A stretch of DNA of 32,845 bases from NCBI GenBank assembly GCA_016188205.1, contig JACPIG010000061.1, positions 1 through 32,845 of the forward strand, written 5' to 3'. The translations under genes were made by a program, and so were the position numbers. Origin of the DNA: Candidatus Woesearchaeota archaeon. GTDB taxonomy: Archaea; Nanobdellota; Nanobdellia; Woesearchaeales; UBA10216. Below the pieces are notes generated by a model. That model did not search any database. It was not told the DNA's origin and saw nothing but the letters and a program-made list of their open reading frames with translations. This document shows, in pieces, positions 16,662 to 25,755 of this stretch; within the stretch, counting starts at the first letter, position 1; each line of letters begins with the position of its first letter.

Positions 16662-17578
16662 TTTCCATACCTCTCAGCCACAGCAGCAAAAAGGTTAAGC
16701 GCGCTGATAACTGAATCGCGCATCATGCATATGTCGTCGCCAAGCATAAAAGCCCTGTAGCCCATCCTGAGAAGATTATCAACATCGCCTATGTCCTGGC
16801 ATGACGGCTCAAGGCTTTCCGCGAGCGAAGGGAAAATCCTTGACGCAACAATGGCATTTTGCTCCTTTGCAACTATGAGCTCGCAGGCAGCAATAACATG
16901 ATGAGGCATCTTCAGCTCAGTGTAAAGGTCGCCCCTCGCAGCCATAAGCCTTGTTTTGCCTTCCGGCTTCCATAGAGTCTTGACATAATCCATTCCCTTC
17001 ACAGACTCAATCTTCTCAACAACATTGGCAGCAGAGTCAAGAGCCCTCAAGTCAGAAATGTCCTCTGGCTTCTCAACAAATGAAAGCATGTAATTATGCG
17101 CGCCAACCTTTACAGCAGCTTCAACATACCTTTTGTCAGTGTCAGTCATGTATCCCTCTATTGACAATGAAGGGTGCGGGATGTTTATTGACTCTCCCTC
17201 ACCGACAACCCTTTTCGGCCCGTCCTGCATTATGAGCCTGCTGCCGTCTGCAGCAAGAATCACAGCACTTTCCTGCCCGTCGTGGAAGTAAGCCCTCACA
17301 TTCGGCTCAACAGTTATCCTGTGGCTTATCCCGATTTCCGTAAATGGGGGGACAGCATACCCGACAACCCTTATCTGCCTGCATTTGAGGTCTATCCACA
17401 ACTCCTTTCCAAAAGTTCCAGCCTCGTGAAAAAGCCTTTTAAGCACGTCCTCAAGCGAGTCAGAGCCCTTAACAGGCATGACTGTGTTAAGCCTTATGCC
17501 TGAAACAACCTGATGGCTTAGCACGTCCCTCAGGTAAGGCGCGTACGGAGGCATTGTGACTATTGCGGTTGCTTCCAT
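16658..17578 (-). CDS. Pyruvate-kinase-like protein (barrel and lid only, no C-terminal domain)
   Basis: GIRLN, IDLKCRQIR, MLSFVE, EKIES, AARGDL, FMLGDD; 306 aa. Confidence 0.8.
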   Translation of the reverse strand: MEATAIVTMPPYAPYLRDVLSHQVVSGIRLNTVMPVKGSDSLEDVLKRLFHEAGTFGKELWIDLKCRQIRVVGYAVPPFTEIGISHRITVEPNVRAYFHDGQESAVILAADGSRLIMQDGPKRVVGEGESINIPHPSLSIEGYMTDTDKRYVEAAVKVGAHNYMLSFVEKPEDISDLRALDSAANVVEKIESVKGMDYVKTLWKPEGKTRLMAARGDLYTELKMPHHVIAACELIVAKEQNAIVASRIFPSLAESLEPSCQDIGDVDNLLRMGYRAFMLGDDICMMRDSVISALNLFAAVAERYGK

Positions 17579-17581
17579 TGC

Positions 17582-18652
17582 TCACCTTCCTGCCTTCAGC
17601 TCATAAATCCTGTCAGCTGCAGACACAAGCCTTTCCAAGCCGCTTACCTGCCTTATCCATGATTCAGGAAAGACCATTCCGTTTTTCGCCCCAGCCAGAG
17701 CGCCGTAAATCGCGCCAGTGGTATCTGTGTCGCCGCCGAAATTAACAACCTCAACCAGCCCCTCTACTGGATTGTCCCAGTACTTCTGCAGCATGAACAA
17801 AGCAAAAGGGTAAGAGCTGAATACGAGGCTGCTGCTGCCCAAATTCCTGTGCGCATCAGCAGCTTCTGCATCCATGCTGGCGGCAACCCATTCAACCCTT
17901 TCCGAGAGGCTGCCCGAGCCTGAACGAGCGTTGCTTCTGCCAAGCGGCATTTCGTAACGCCTGCACACACTAGTGAGAGAACTTACAAAATCATTTCTTG
18001 GAATATCCTGAAGCAGCCCGTATATGGCATGAGCCTGAACAACTCCGCTGGCAACAGAGCGCGGATCAAGGTGCGTGATTCTCCCTGTCAATCCCGCATA
18101 CTGCAGCCCCTTTTCGCACTCACCTGTTGCATCCATATACATCCCGACAGGCGACATCTTCATTGCAGGAGCATTTCCAGGAGCGCCTACAACACCTGAT
18201 TTTTCAGGCGGAAATCCTTCCATCAATCTCCTGAAGCCCCTGATTGTCGTATAGCCAAAGCCTCCTGTTGACCTTCCATCCGGAAGAAGCCTCTGCACAT
18301 ACTCTGCCAGCTGCTTTCCAGCAATATGCCCAAGGTCAAGACCTTTACATTCAGCAATTGCCTCAGCCAAAGCCAGAGTCAGAATCGTGTCGTCTGTGTA
18401 ATCTCCAGCTTTCATTCCTGCGTCTGCGGCAAAATACTTCAGCTTTCCGAACTCGTCATGCCTGACAACTTTGCCATTGCCATCCCTCAAAACAAACGGC
18501 TCAACCGGCTCAGTTATCCTTCCCACATGCTTTTCTATCTGCTCCTTCTTCCAGCCCTCAACAGGCTTTCCAAGGATGTCACCTATGGCACAGCCTACAA
18601 GCACAGCCCTGTACCTTTCTCTCATGTCCGGCATATTCGGCATATTCGGCAT
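17582..18652 (-). CDS. ADP-ribosylglycohydrolase (DraG/ARH family)
   Basis: GCAIGDILG, YTDDT, GNAPAM, TH.DP, GGDTDTTGAIYGALAGA. GAGGT RBS precedes the ATG at 18652. Confidence 0.93.
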   Translation of the reverse strand: MPNMPNMPDMRERYRAVLVGCAIGDILGKPVEGWKKEQIEKHVGRITEPVEPFVLRDGNGKVVRHDEFGKLKYFAADAGMKAGDYTDDTILTLALAEAIAECKGLDLGHIAGKQLAEYVQRLLPDGRSTGGFGYTTIRGFRRLMEGFPPEKSGVVGAPGNAPAMKMSPVGMYMDATGECEKGLQYAGLTGRITHLDPRSVASGVVQAHAIYGLLQDIPRNDFVSSLTSVCRRYEMPLGRSNARSGSGSLSERVEWVAASMDAEAADAHRNLGSSSLVFSSYPFALFMLQKYWDNPVEGLVEVVNFGGDTDTTGAIYGALAGAKNGMVFPESWIRQVSGLERLVSAADRIYELKAGR

Positions 18653-18655
18653 ATT
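18629..18655. repeat. 9-bp tandem repeat (CGGCATATT)x3 at the ARH start
   Basis: Read directly; encodes (NMP)3 and supplies alternative in-frame ATGs. Confidence 0.9.
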
Positions 18656-18707
18656 CAATACCTCTGCATTCCATATGCAAATTTACAGCAGGCTAAACTA
18701 CAGAGGG

Positions 18708-18806
18708 CTAAGCCAGGATTTCCTCAAGGGGGCTTTCACCTGCCAAGCCCTCCTTGGGTTCCTGAGGCATAAGCTCCTCGTAGCTGCAAATTATTTTCCG
18801 GCTCAT
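18708..18806 (-). CDS. Possible 32-aa acidic small ORF
   Basis: GAGGTG RBS then MSRKIICSYEELMPQEPKEGLAGESPLEEILA*. Fills the vWA-ARH gap. Confidence 0.4.
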   Translation of the reverse strand: MSRKIICSYEELMPQEPKEGLAGESPLEEILA

Positions 18807-18843
18807 CCCACACCTCATTCCTTTCCCTGCACGCTTTCATCCC

Positions 18844-19839
18844 CTATGGCTTGTCCACCATCTCGTCAAGAGGCACAGACACGCCGCCTGAATCAGGCCT
18901 GTCAATAACAGACCTGTTTGAAGCTGCTGACAGGTCAGGGATGAACCTCAGCGAGTCGTAAACCGCTGAGCGCACAGCAGGGTCTGTCTGCCTTGAACCC
19001 ATGCTGTCCTTGAAGTCTCCGTATTGTCCCCAGTGCTTTGCTATTATTCCCATCGCTATGTCAACAACCCTGTCGCTGCCCGGAAGCTCAATTATGCGCT
19101 GCCTTCCAATGGCTGCTGCCCAATAGTCAACAACCTCCCTGTCTATTCCCGGATCATTTCCACTTTCATATGGCTTGTGCAGGAAGAAAACATTGAACCT
19201 CTGCATCAGCCCTTCCCATACAGCCTTTCCTTCAAGCGGCGACTGAAGCCTGTCGCCAATGTAGTGCTCCACCTGCCTTGGTTCAACTTTGCTGTAGAAC
19301 TTTTCATCCCCGCAAACCAGCAGGAAAGGCGACTTGGCGTTTGGCATCTCAACTTTTTTCAAGGCAAAATAGCCGAACAGCTCATAGCTCTCGGAGTACT
19401 GCCCGCCTCCTTTACCTTCAGGGCACAGCGCCTTTATGTGGTCCTCAAGCTCAACGCCCTTGCCAAAATTGTTGACCTGCAGCGGATAATTGTCGCAGTT
19501 TGCATCCCCAATTGCTGCAAACGATATCTCCACGTCAGGCCTGTACTGAGACAGGGTCTGGTAAAGCAATGGCAGCCTGTCAAAAATCTCAGACGGCCAG
19601 TCCTGCATAGAGCCTGTAACGTCTATTGCGAAAACTATCGGGTTTTCACTCGCTGTCGTTATAACCTTTCCGTTTGTGCCAACCAGCTTTGAGTCAGGGC
19701 TTGACCTTTTTGCGTAAGCCCTTCCTCCACGCGCACTCGCGGCAGACGCAAGCTTATCAAGGTAAGGCGCCCTCGCAGAGTCGTACTTGTATGCGTCCGG
19801 CTTTTTCCAGTTTGCAGTTCCTCCTCCCCAGCTGTACAT
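18844..19839 (-). CDS. von Willebrand factor A (vWA) domain protein
   Basis: MIDAS IVFAIDVTGSM, ISFAAIGD, GGGQYSESYEL, LVCGDE. GGAGGT RBS favours the ATG at 19839 (MYSWGGG) over 19929. Confidence 0.85.
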   Translation of the reverse strand: MYSWGGGTANWKKPDAYKYDSARAPYLDKLASAASARGGRAYAKRSSPDSKLVGTNGKVITTASENPIVFAIDVTGSMQDWPSEIFDRLPLLYQTLSQYRPDVEISFAAIGDANCDNYPLQVNNFGKGVELEDHIKALCPEGKGGGQYSESYELFGYFALKKVEMPNAKSPFLLVCGDEKFYSKVEPRQVEHYIGDRLQSPLEGKAVWEGLMQRFNVFFLHKPYESGNDPGIDREVVDYWAAAIGRQRIIELPGSDRVVDIAMGIIAKHWGQYGDFKDSMGSRQTDPAVRSAVYDSLRFIPDLSAASNRSVIDRPDSGGVSVPLDEMVDKP

Positions 19840-19906
19840 TTTGTTTACCTCCAGAGCTATCGCTAGCTCTAAGCATGTTCCTTCATTTTTGTCTCTCATT
19901 GCACGC

Positions 19907-20686
19907 TCAAACAGCGTGCCTTCTTTCAAAGACCTTCTCCCTTATGTCTGAAAGCCTTTGCAAAGGGTTGTCCTTATCCCAGTTAGGCCTATCCACAGGA
20001 TTGTAACGAAGCAGGCTGCTGCAAAACTCCGCAAGCTCATCAGGCACATCTGAAGGAAGCGACTTCTTTGCCACGTCACCGCCAAGAGCTGTAAGCATGA
20101 CCAGCCCTGCGCCGTAAAGGTCAGTTTCCGGAATAGGCGGCTTTCCGTCAAGCACCTCAGGAGCAACATATGCAGGTGTATATCCAACAACTTTTGAGCG
20201 GCTCGTCGGGTTAAGGACTGCAAGCCCCCAGTCAATCAGCTTTATGTCCCTTTTTTTCGGCTCAACAAGCACGTTCTGCGGCTTTATGTCTGAATGTATT
20301 ACACCGTTTGAATGCGCATAATACAATGCGCCAAGCAGGCGCTCAGTAATCCACGAAGCATCCTCAGGATGAATCCTTCCCCTTCCTGACTTAACAATCT
20401 CGTCAAGAGTCCTGCCTTCTATGTAACTTAGCACAATCATCGCGTTCCTGTCGTCAAGCCTTATGTAGTCCCTCACTGCCGGTATGGAGTGGTACTCGTA
20501 AAGCTCCCACATCACCTTCGCCTCTCTCCTTAGAAGCTCAACATCATCAGGTGTTGTGCGGATGTTCTGCTTCAGGCAAGCCAGCTCGTCAAGCATCACA
20601 TGCCTTGCAACATAAATCCTTGCAAAGCCGCCCTCGGCAAGCCTGCTTTCAATCCGATAATTCCCGATTGTTGGCATTTTCATCAC
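19907..20686 (-). CDS. Hanks-type Ser/Thr protein kinase (stand-alone catalytic domain)
   Basis: LAEGGFARIY, ACLK, HSDIKPQN, LIDWG, GYTPAYVAPE, DLYGAG. Confidence 0.95.
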   Translation of the reverse strand: MMKMPTIGNYRIESRLAEGGFARIYVARHVMLDELACLKQNIRTTPDDVELLRREAKVMWELYEYHSIPAVRDYIRLDDRNAMIVLSYIEGRTLDEIVKSGRGRIHPEDASWITERLLGALYYAHSNGVIHSDIKPQNVLVEPKKRDIKLIDWGLAVLNPTSRSKVVGYTPAYVAPEVLDGKPPIPETDLYGAGLVMLTALGGDVAKKSLPSDVPDELAEFCSSLLRYNPVDRPNWDKDNPLQRLSDIREKVFERRHAV

Positions 20687-20694
20687 TCTTTTCC

Positions 20695-21651
20695 CTACTT
20701 TCCTGCTGTCGCTGCAGTGTAAAGCGCCAGCTCAATATGCGCAGGCTCCAAAAGGGCATACCCATTGGATTCTATTGCTGCAGCCACCCTTTTAGCCCAG
20801 CCCGGCCACTCTGTCTTTTCCATTCCACAAATAACCTGCCCAACAAGTTCCTGTGTATAGCCCCTTGACAAAAAGAAGAGCTCGTCCATCACCATTGATG
20901 CCTTGCCCAGCTCACCCCTTGGGAAGCCGTTGTCATGATTTGAGTCCAGCATCTGCACCAGCCTGCCTGTGGCGTGTTCAAAAGCGCCTGCAGGAATTAA
21001 GCCGGCATATCCAGCATCTCCTGATTCAGGAGGAAGCTGGCACAGACCCCTGTAACCCTCATAAAGCCCGCCTTCAAGAGGCTCCCTGTAAAACGAGCCT
21101 TCAGACCTTTCACCAGCCTCATTGAGCATGTCCTCCCACGTGGGCTGAAGCCGCCTGTCAGTCTGAACTGCTGAAAGCGAGCGCGCCAAATGCGCGGAAA
21201 TACTTGTCCCTGCAATATCCGCCTTCATCTTAGGGCTGTTAATCAAGCCGTATAAAGATTCAAAAAGAGCAGCGTCCTTTCCCAGATAGCCGCAAAACTG
21301 GACAAGGTTCTGCACATAAAGCCTTCTCAGGTAAAGCCCCTCATTGCCTTCACCAAGCACATTCAAGTTGATTTCATGCCCTGTGTCTGGCTCTGTGTCA
21401 GGCAGCGTTTCCAGAAGCCTTATCGCCATCTCCCTGCACTTAACAGTGTACGCTCCTTTATTGTCGTCTGCGCTTTCAATCAGCCTGAGCATCCTTACAA
21501 CCTGCATATATTCGCCCCCACTCGCATACCCGCCTTGGTCATAGCCCTGCCCTATTGCGCGCGCCAGTTCGCCAATGTCGCCTTCGTCCAGTGCCTTGAG
21601 CAGCCTTTCGCTCCCCTCAAATTCGTGCATTGCAATTCTGCCGATGTCCAT
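20695..21651 (-). CDS. Hypothetical acidic helical protein within the NAD operon
   Basis: About 318-aa ORF tightly packed between neighbours, with GGAGGTG RBS before ATG 21651. No motif recognised. Confidence 0.75.
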   Translation of the reverse strand: MDIGRIAMHEFEGSERLLKALDEGDIGELARAIGQGYDQGGYASGGEYMQVVRMLRLIESADDNKGAYTVKCREMAIRLLETLPDTEPDTGHEINLNVLGEGNEGLYLRRLYVQNLVQFCGYLGKDAALFESLYGLINSPKMKADIAGTSISAHLARSLSAVQTDRRLQPTWEDMLNEAGERSEGSFYREPLEGGLYEGYRGLCQLPPESGDAGYAGLIPAGAFEHATGRLVQMLDSNHDNGFPRGELGKASMVMDELFFLSRGYTQELVGQVICGMEKTEWPGWAKRVAAAIESNGYALLEPAHIELALYTAATAGK

Positions 21652-21653
21652 TT

Positions 21654-22811
21654 TCACACCTCCGCAGGATGAAGCCTCTCGCTTTCAACACATTCAGGGC
21701 TCCTGTAATCCTTTCCTGAAAGCTGCGCGATTGTCTCCAGCCCGAACTCGCGCCTGAACCTGTCAGCAAGCCCATGGCTTTCCATGTAATCAGCAACAGC
21801 AGCAGGCACAAGCGCTTTCCAGTTGCCAGCCTTAGCCATCTCCATCCTCACAGTTGTCGCGTTCAGTTTTATCCATTTCTCAGGCGGGATAAGCTCGTCA
21901 GCAGGATTAATTATCACATATGTGCCCTCAAGCAATTCCTTCACATAGCCGTTCGCAGTCACAAAAGCGTCAAGGGAGCCGTACTGCAAAGCAACCTCCC
22001 CAGCCCACTTCCTTCCATCCCTGAATTCAGGAATGTGCCCGTAATCAGGAATCTCAACAAAGCTGTAGTTTGAGAACCTCGGGGAAAGGTATGCGCCAAT
22101 CATCTCCCTTGTTTCTTCTGCAGTAAAAGGGTTCCTTGCATTGTACTTGTTGCAGCTGCCTATTCCTATAGTGACGTGCTCTGCCTGTTCACACACAGCC
22201 TCAAGCATACCTGCTGCGCCATTATGCAAAGGTTTGAACCTGCCTATGACTCCAACCCTTCCCAGCTTTTTCACATGAGAATCTTCGGCTGAATCTTTGG
22301 CAGCGCCCATTACTCCGGATGCGGAATATCCCTTTTCCAGCAGATACTTTTCCAGAGTTTTTGCATGGTCAAACGCAAGCCCGCCTTTTGCAATGAGCGC
22401 CTGTATTTCTGGAATCGTATAAAGCCTTGCAGAAGCCGCATCATCACCAGCCCATATTTTGCCTGCGCCTTTTGCAATGTATGTCACGCTGATTATGTGC
22501 GCCCTCGGGTCGCGTGCAGGGTCTGAATGGACGCAGAAAGGCATTTCAGGCTCATTTACAATAATCTCAAGCCCGGTTTCCTCTTTCGCCTCCTTCGCAG
22601 CGTTCTCCTCCAATGTAAGCCCTGACTCGGCAAACCCTCCGGGCAGAGCAATCCCATAAGGATAGTTTTTCCTTGTAATAAGGACAATCCCATCATCAGA
22701 GCCGTCTGTGTACTCTATAATGATGTCAGTTGTCAGCAGGGGATTAGTGTCTCTCCTGTGGATGGTGTTCTGTGCCTTTTGTGCCTGTTGTGCCGTCTGT
22801 GTTGTGCTCAT
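21654..22811 (-). CDS. nadM: Nudix hydrolase (ADP-ribose pyrophosphatase-like) fused to NMN/NaMN adenylyltransferase (NadM-like)
   Basis: N-terminal ALPGGFAESG...KEAKEETGL, RDPR, AGDDA, LAFDH. C-terminal IGRFKPLHNG, IGIGS, RNPFTAEE, NATTVR, WKALVP. Confidence 0.88.
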   Translation of the reverse strand: MSTTQTAQQAQKAQNTIHRRDTNPLLTTDIIIEYTDGSDDGIVLITRKNYPYGIALPGGFAESGLTLEENAAKEAKEETGLEIIVNEPEMPFCVHSDPARDPRAHIISVTYIAKGAGKIWAGDDAASARLYTIPEIQALIAKGGLAFDHAKTLEKYLLEKGYSASGVMGAAKDSAEDSHVKKLGRVGVIGRFKPLHNGAAGMLEAVCEQAEHVTIGIGSCNKYNARNPFTAEETREMIGAYLSPRFSNYSFVEIPDYGHIPEFRDGRKWAGEVALQYGSLDAFVTANGYVKELLEGTYVIINPADELIPPEKWIKLNATTVRMEMAKAGNWKALVPAAVADYMESHGLADRFRREFGLETIAQLSGKDYRSPECVESERLHPAEV

Positions 22812-24874
22812 GCTGCCATCACCCCTGCAACAGCCACAGCATGAGCACCTGCAACTGCACCAGTTCCATCTTTTTGCGCACCATCCGCCCAGTCTTTCGG
22901 CACATACCTGACCATAGCAAGCACTTCTGCCTTCAGCCTTTCATAAGCAGGCATTCTTCCATTAGGCAGAATGCTTTCCCTTATGTCGTAGCCATAAGCA
23001 GACTTGCTGACGACGATTATCGGCGGGCTTTGAACGCGCTTGAACACGTTTCCTTCTGCCTTTGCAATAAACCACTCAAGGTCGCTGACAAACTCTTTTG
23101 GGTCATCCATGCCCCAGCGCCTTATGAGCTCAGTTGATATTCCGAGATTCTCCTCAAGAGCGCCCTCAATGTACCAGCGCATTATCTGCTCAGGCGATTT
23201 CCTCATGTAGTCAGTCATGGCATTGACAAACGCGCAGTGGTAGCCGAACTTTATAGGACTCACCTGACCTTCCTTCAGCTCAGGACCAGACTTTATCTGG
23301 TCATCCCTGAACCTGTACAGCCTGTCAGGAATAAGCTCTTCCGGAAGCACTTCCCTTCCGAAAATCTCTCTGTTAAGGTAACGCGCAAGCTCAAAAACCT
23401 CTGCCTTTGTCAAATCGCCAATTGGCGATAATGCCCCGCCAACATCCCCATAGAGCGTTGCGTAGCCAAGCATTATCTCATCCTTGTTGCCGTTGTTCGT
23501 GAACAAGGCGCCATACATGCCTGCAAGGTTTGAAAGAATTGCAGTTCCCCGGATTTTTGCAGCAACGTTCTCAACGTAGCTGCTCTCGGCAAGCTTCTTC
23601 CCGCTGCCGTCAAGGTCAAAGCGGTCAATAAGAGCGATGTTTGCATTTGTGAGCTCTTCTATCGGGATTTCCACGTAGCCGATACCAAGGCTTTCAGCAA
23701 TTCCTGCAGCAGCCTGCATTGTCCTTGCAGAATTAACATGTGTAGGCATATTGATGGCAAGCACCTTCTCAGGGCCAACAGCCACTGTCAGAAGAGCTGC
23801 AACAACTGCGCTGTCTATGCCTCCGCTCAGGCCTATCACGTATCTTGGCTGCTCCTGCAAGCCCATGAAATCCTTCATGTGCCTTATGCCTTCTACGATT
23901 GCCTCGTACTTCTGCGCAATCATCGGCTTCTCAAGCCTCACAACAGGGCTCCTAAAAAATTCTTCCTCATCAACAATCATGAGCTCCTGCTCATAAGCGG
24001 CTTTGCTGAGCCTGACAGGCAAGCCATCACTGTTGTAAACGGTTGAGCCGCCATCAAACGTTATGAAGTTCTTGCCAGTATTCTGAACCCCTGTGCAGTT
24101 GACATAAAGGAACGGAACAAAGCTGTTTCCTGACTCTCCCTTCAGAAACCTTATCCTCCTGTCCCTTGCAGCGTTCTTGCCGTAAGTCCAGGGAGAAGCG
24201 GAAATGTTGACAACGAGCTGCGCGCCGTTTCCTATCAGAATCCTTGTGGCGTTCTGCGCCTCGCCGTTCCTCCTGTAATCAGCACACCACAAATCCTCGC
24301 ACACCTCAAAGCCAACAGGAACCTTTTTTCCTTTTACGTCTATTACGAAAGGCTGCACGAGGTCTTCAAGCGCTGCGCCAAAATCCTTTGCAACGTCCTC
24401 TGTGGAAAAGAAATACCTCTCATCGTCAAAGAACCTGTAGTTCGGAAGCAAGGTCTTTGGCTGCACGCCTTCAGGCAGCAGATTTGTTTCCTTCAGGCGC
24501 TGTGCAGGCATGCCATTCTGGAAAACGTAAACAGCATTGTACTTCCTGCTCCTCCCATCCTTGTTCGGATGAGGCTTTTCGTCGCCAACCCTTTCATTGA
24601 TTTCCCGGTCAACAAAGATATTGCCATAAGCAACGGCAATACCATCGCTTGCCTTTCTCAGAGCCTCATTGAACTCCATCAGGCCTTCGCAGTAGTCGTC
24701 GCTGAGCCACTTGTCACCCAGAAGGTAGCCGCCAACACTCATCTCAGGGAAAGCAATAAGGTCAACGCCCTCAAGCTTTGCCCTTTCAATCATGCCAAGC
24801 ATTGCCTCAAGGTTTTTCCCTGGAGCTCCGGGCTTCACTTCCATCTGTGCAAGCGCAACCTTCATTTTGTCCAC
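22808..24874 (-). CDS. nadE: Glutamine-dependent NAD+ synthetase
   Basis: Nitrilase domain FPEM, PKTLLPNYRFFDDERYF, EVCEDLW, NISASP. Synthetase domain GLSGGIDS, EN..AKIRG, GNKDE..LGYATLYGD, FKRVQSPP. Confidence 0.97.
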   Translation of the reverse strand: MDKMKVALAQMEVKPGAPGKNLEAMLGMIERAKLEGVDLIAFPEMSVGGYLLGDKWLSDDYCEGLMEFNEALRKASDGIAVAYGNIFVDREINERVGDEKPHPNKDGRSRKYNAVYVFQNGMPAQRLKETNLLPEGVQPKTLLPNYRFFDDERYFFSTEDVAKDFGAALEDLVQPFVIDVKGKKVPVGFEVCEDLWCADYRRNGEAQNATRILIGNGAQLVVNISASPWTYGKNAARDRRIRFLKGESGNSFVPFLYVNCTGVQNTGKNFITFDGGSTVYNSDGLPVRLSKAAYEQELMIVDEEEFFRSPVVRLEKPMIAQKYEAIVEGIRHMKDFMGLQEQPRYVIGLSGGIDSAVVAALLTVAVGPEKVLAINMPTHVNSARTMQAAAGIAESLGIGYVEIPIEELTNANIALIDRFDLDGSGKKLAESSYVENVAAKIRGTAILSNLAGMYGALFTNNGNKDEIMLGYATLYGDVGGALSPIGDLTKAEVFELARYLNREIFGREVLPEELIPDRLYRFRDDQIKSGPELKEGQVSPIKFGYHCAFVNAMTDYMRKSPEQIMRWYIEGALEENLGISTELIRRWGMDDPKEFVSDLEWFIAKAEGNVFKRVQSPPIIVVSKSAYGYDIRESILPNGRMPAYERLKAEVLAMVRYVPKDWADGAQKDGTGAVAGAHAVAVAGVMAA

Positions 24875-24893
24875 CTTCAGCCTTTAGCAGGCT

Positions 24894-25559
24894 TTAGCGC
24901 AGGTACTGCTCCAGCGCTGTTGAATCAATCATCCTGACGCCTCTTGCCACCCACGCATCTGTCGGGTCAGGGATTCCGGGCAGCCCCTTGATGGCATCCC
25001 TGACAACATAAACCTCAATCGGCCTGCCACCAATTTTCCTGTCAAGCAGCCCACCGACTGCGAAGTCAACGCAAACATTAGTTGCGACACCGTAAACAAA
25101 CACCCTCTCAGGCTTCAGAATCTCAAGCACCCTTTCAACGTGAGGCGAGCCGTGCTCCCTGTTGAAAACATCAACGTGGTCCTTGGTCAGCACAATATTG
25201 CGGTGCGACAGCACCATTTTTTCATCCAGCGTTCTGTCACGCCAGTCAAGAACATAAGCATCCCTTGGCTTTGTTGCAGGCACAAACTCTGCTCCAGATG
25301 TTCCGTACATGCAGTGATCAGGAAATGTTTTTACAAAATCAGGATTATCAGAAAGTTCCCCTGAGCCTTTCTGGTGAGAATCTGCCTGGTTTATTACAGG
25401 GACATCATAATCCTCTGCTGTTTTTGTAACCCTTTCAAGCGCAGGTTCAATCTCCTCTGCTCCAGGCACGTACAGCCTGCCGTCCTTCCGCATAAAGTCG
25501 CCAGCTGTATCCACGTTCCAAAACAATGTCCCTGCCAGCTTTTCTTCCAGTCCAGCCAT
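24894..25559 (-). CDS. pncA: Nicotinamidase (isochorismatase family)
   Basis: VDTAGDFM...GRLYVPGA, DSH, FPDHC..GTSGA, K...DVF, GVATNVCV. Operon context; GAGGTG RBS before ATG 25559. Confidence 0.9.
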   Translation of the reverse strand: MAGLEEKLAGTLFWNVDTAGDFMRKDGRLYVPGAEEIEPALERVTKTAEDYDVPVINQADSHQKGSGELSDNPDFVKTFPDHCMYGTSGAEFVPATKPRDAYVLDWRDRTLDEKMVLSHRNIVLTKDHVDVFNREHGSPHVERVLEILKPERVFVYGVATNVCVDFAVGGLLDRKIGGRPIEVYVVRDAIKGLPGIPDPTDAWVARGVRMIDSTALEQYLR

Positions 25560-25577
25560 TTTTACCACCTCACCAGT

Positions 25578-25721
25578 TCAATCCATAAGCTCAAACTCGT
25601 ATGCCTCATGTTCTCCGCGCATTGAGCCAATGCCTGTGCCAAATGCAATGAGCACCGCATACTTGCCGCTCTTTCCACGCACAGTTCCAAGCTGCTCCAT
25701 TCCCTGCGTTACCTTCACCAT
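25578..25721 (-). CDS. Small unannotated protein (47 aa)
   Basis: GGAGGG RBS then MVKVTQGMEQLGTVRGKSGKYAVLIAFGTGIGSMRGEHEAYEFELMD*, between pncB and pncA. Confidence 0.55.
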   Translation of the reverse strand: MVKVTQGMEQLGTVRGKSGKYAVLIAFGTGIGSMRGEHEAYEFELMD

Positions 25722-25755
25722 CCTGCATCCCTCCGCAACACTTCCACTAATTTTG

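Noticed and set aside
19024..19692. 222-aa plus-strand ORF
   Set aside because: Entirely antisense to the vWA gene, with no motif.
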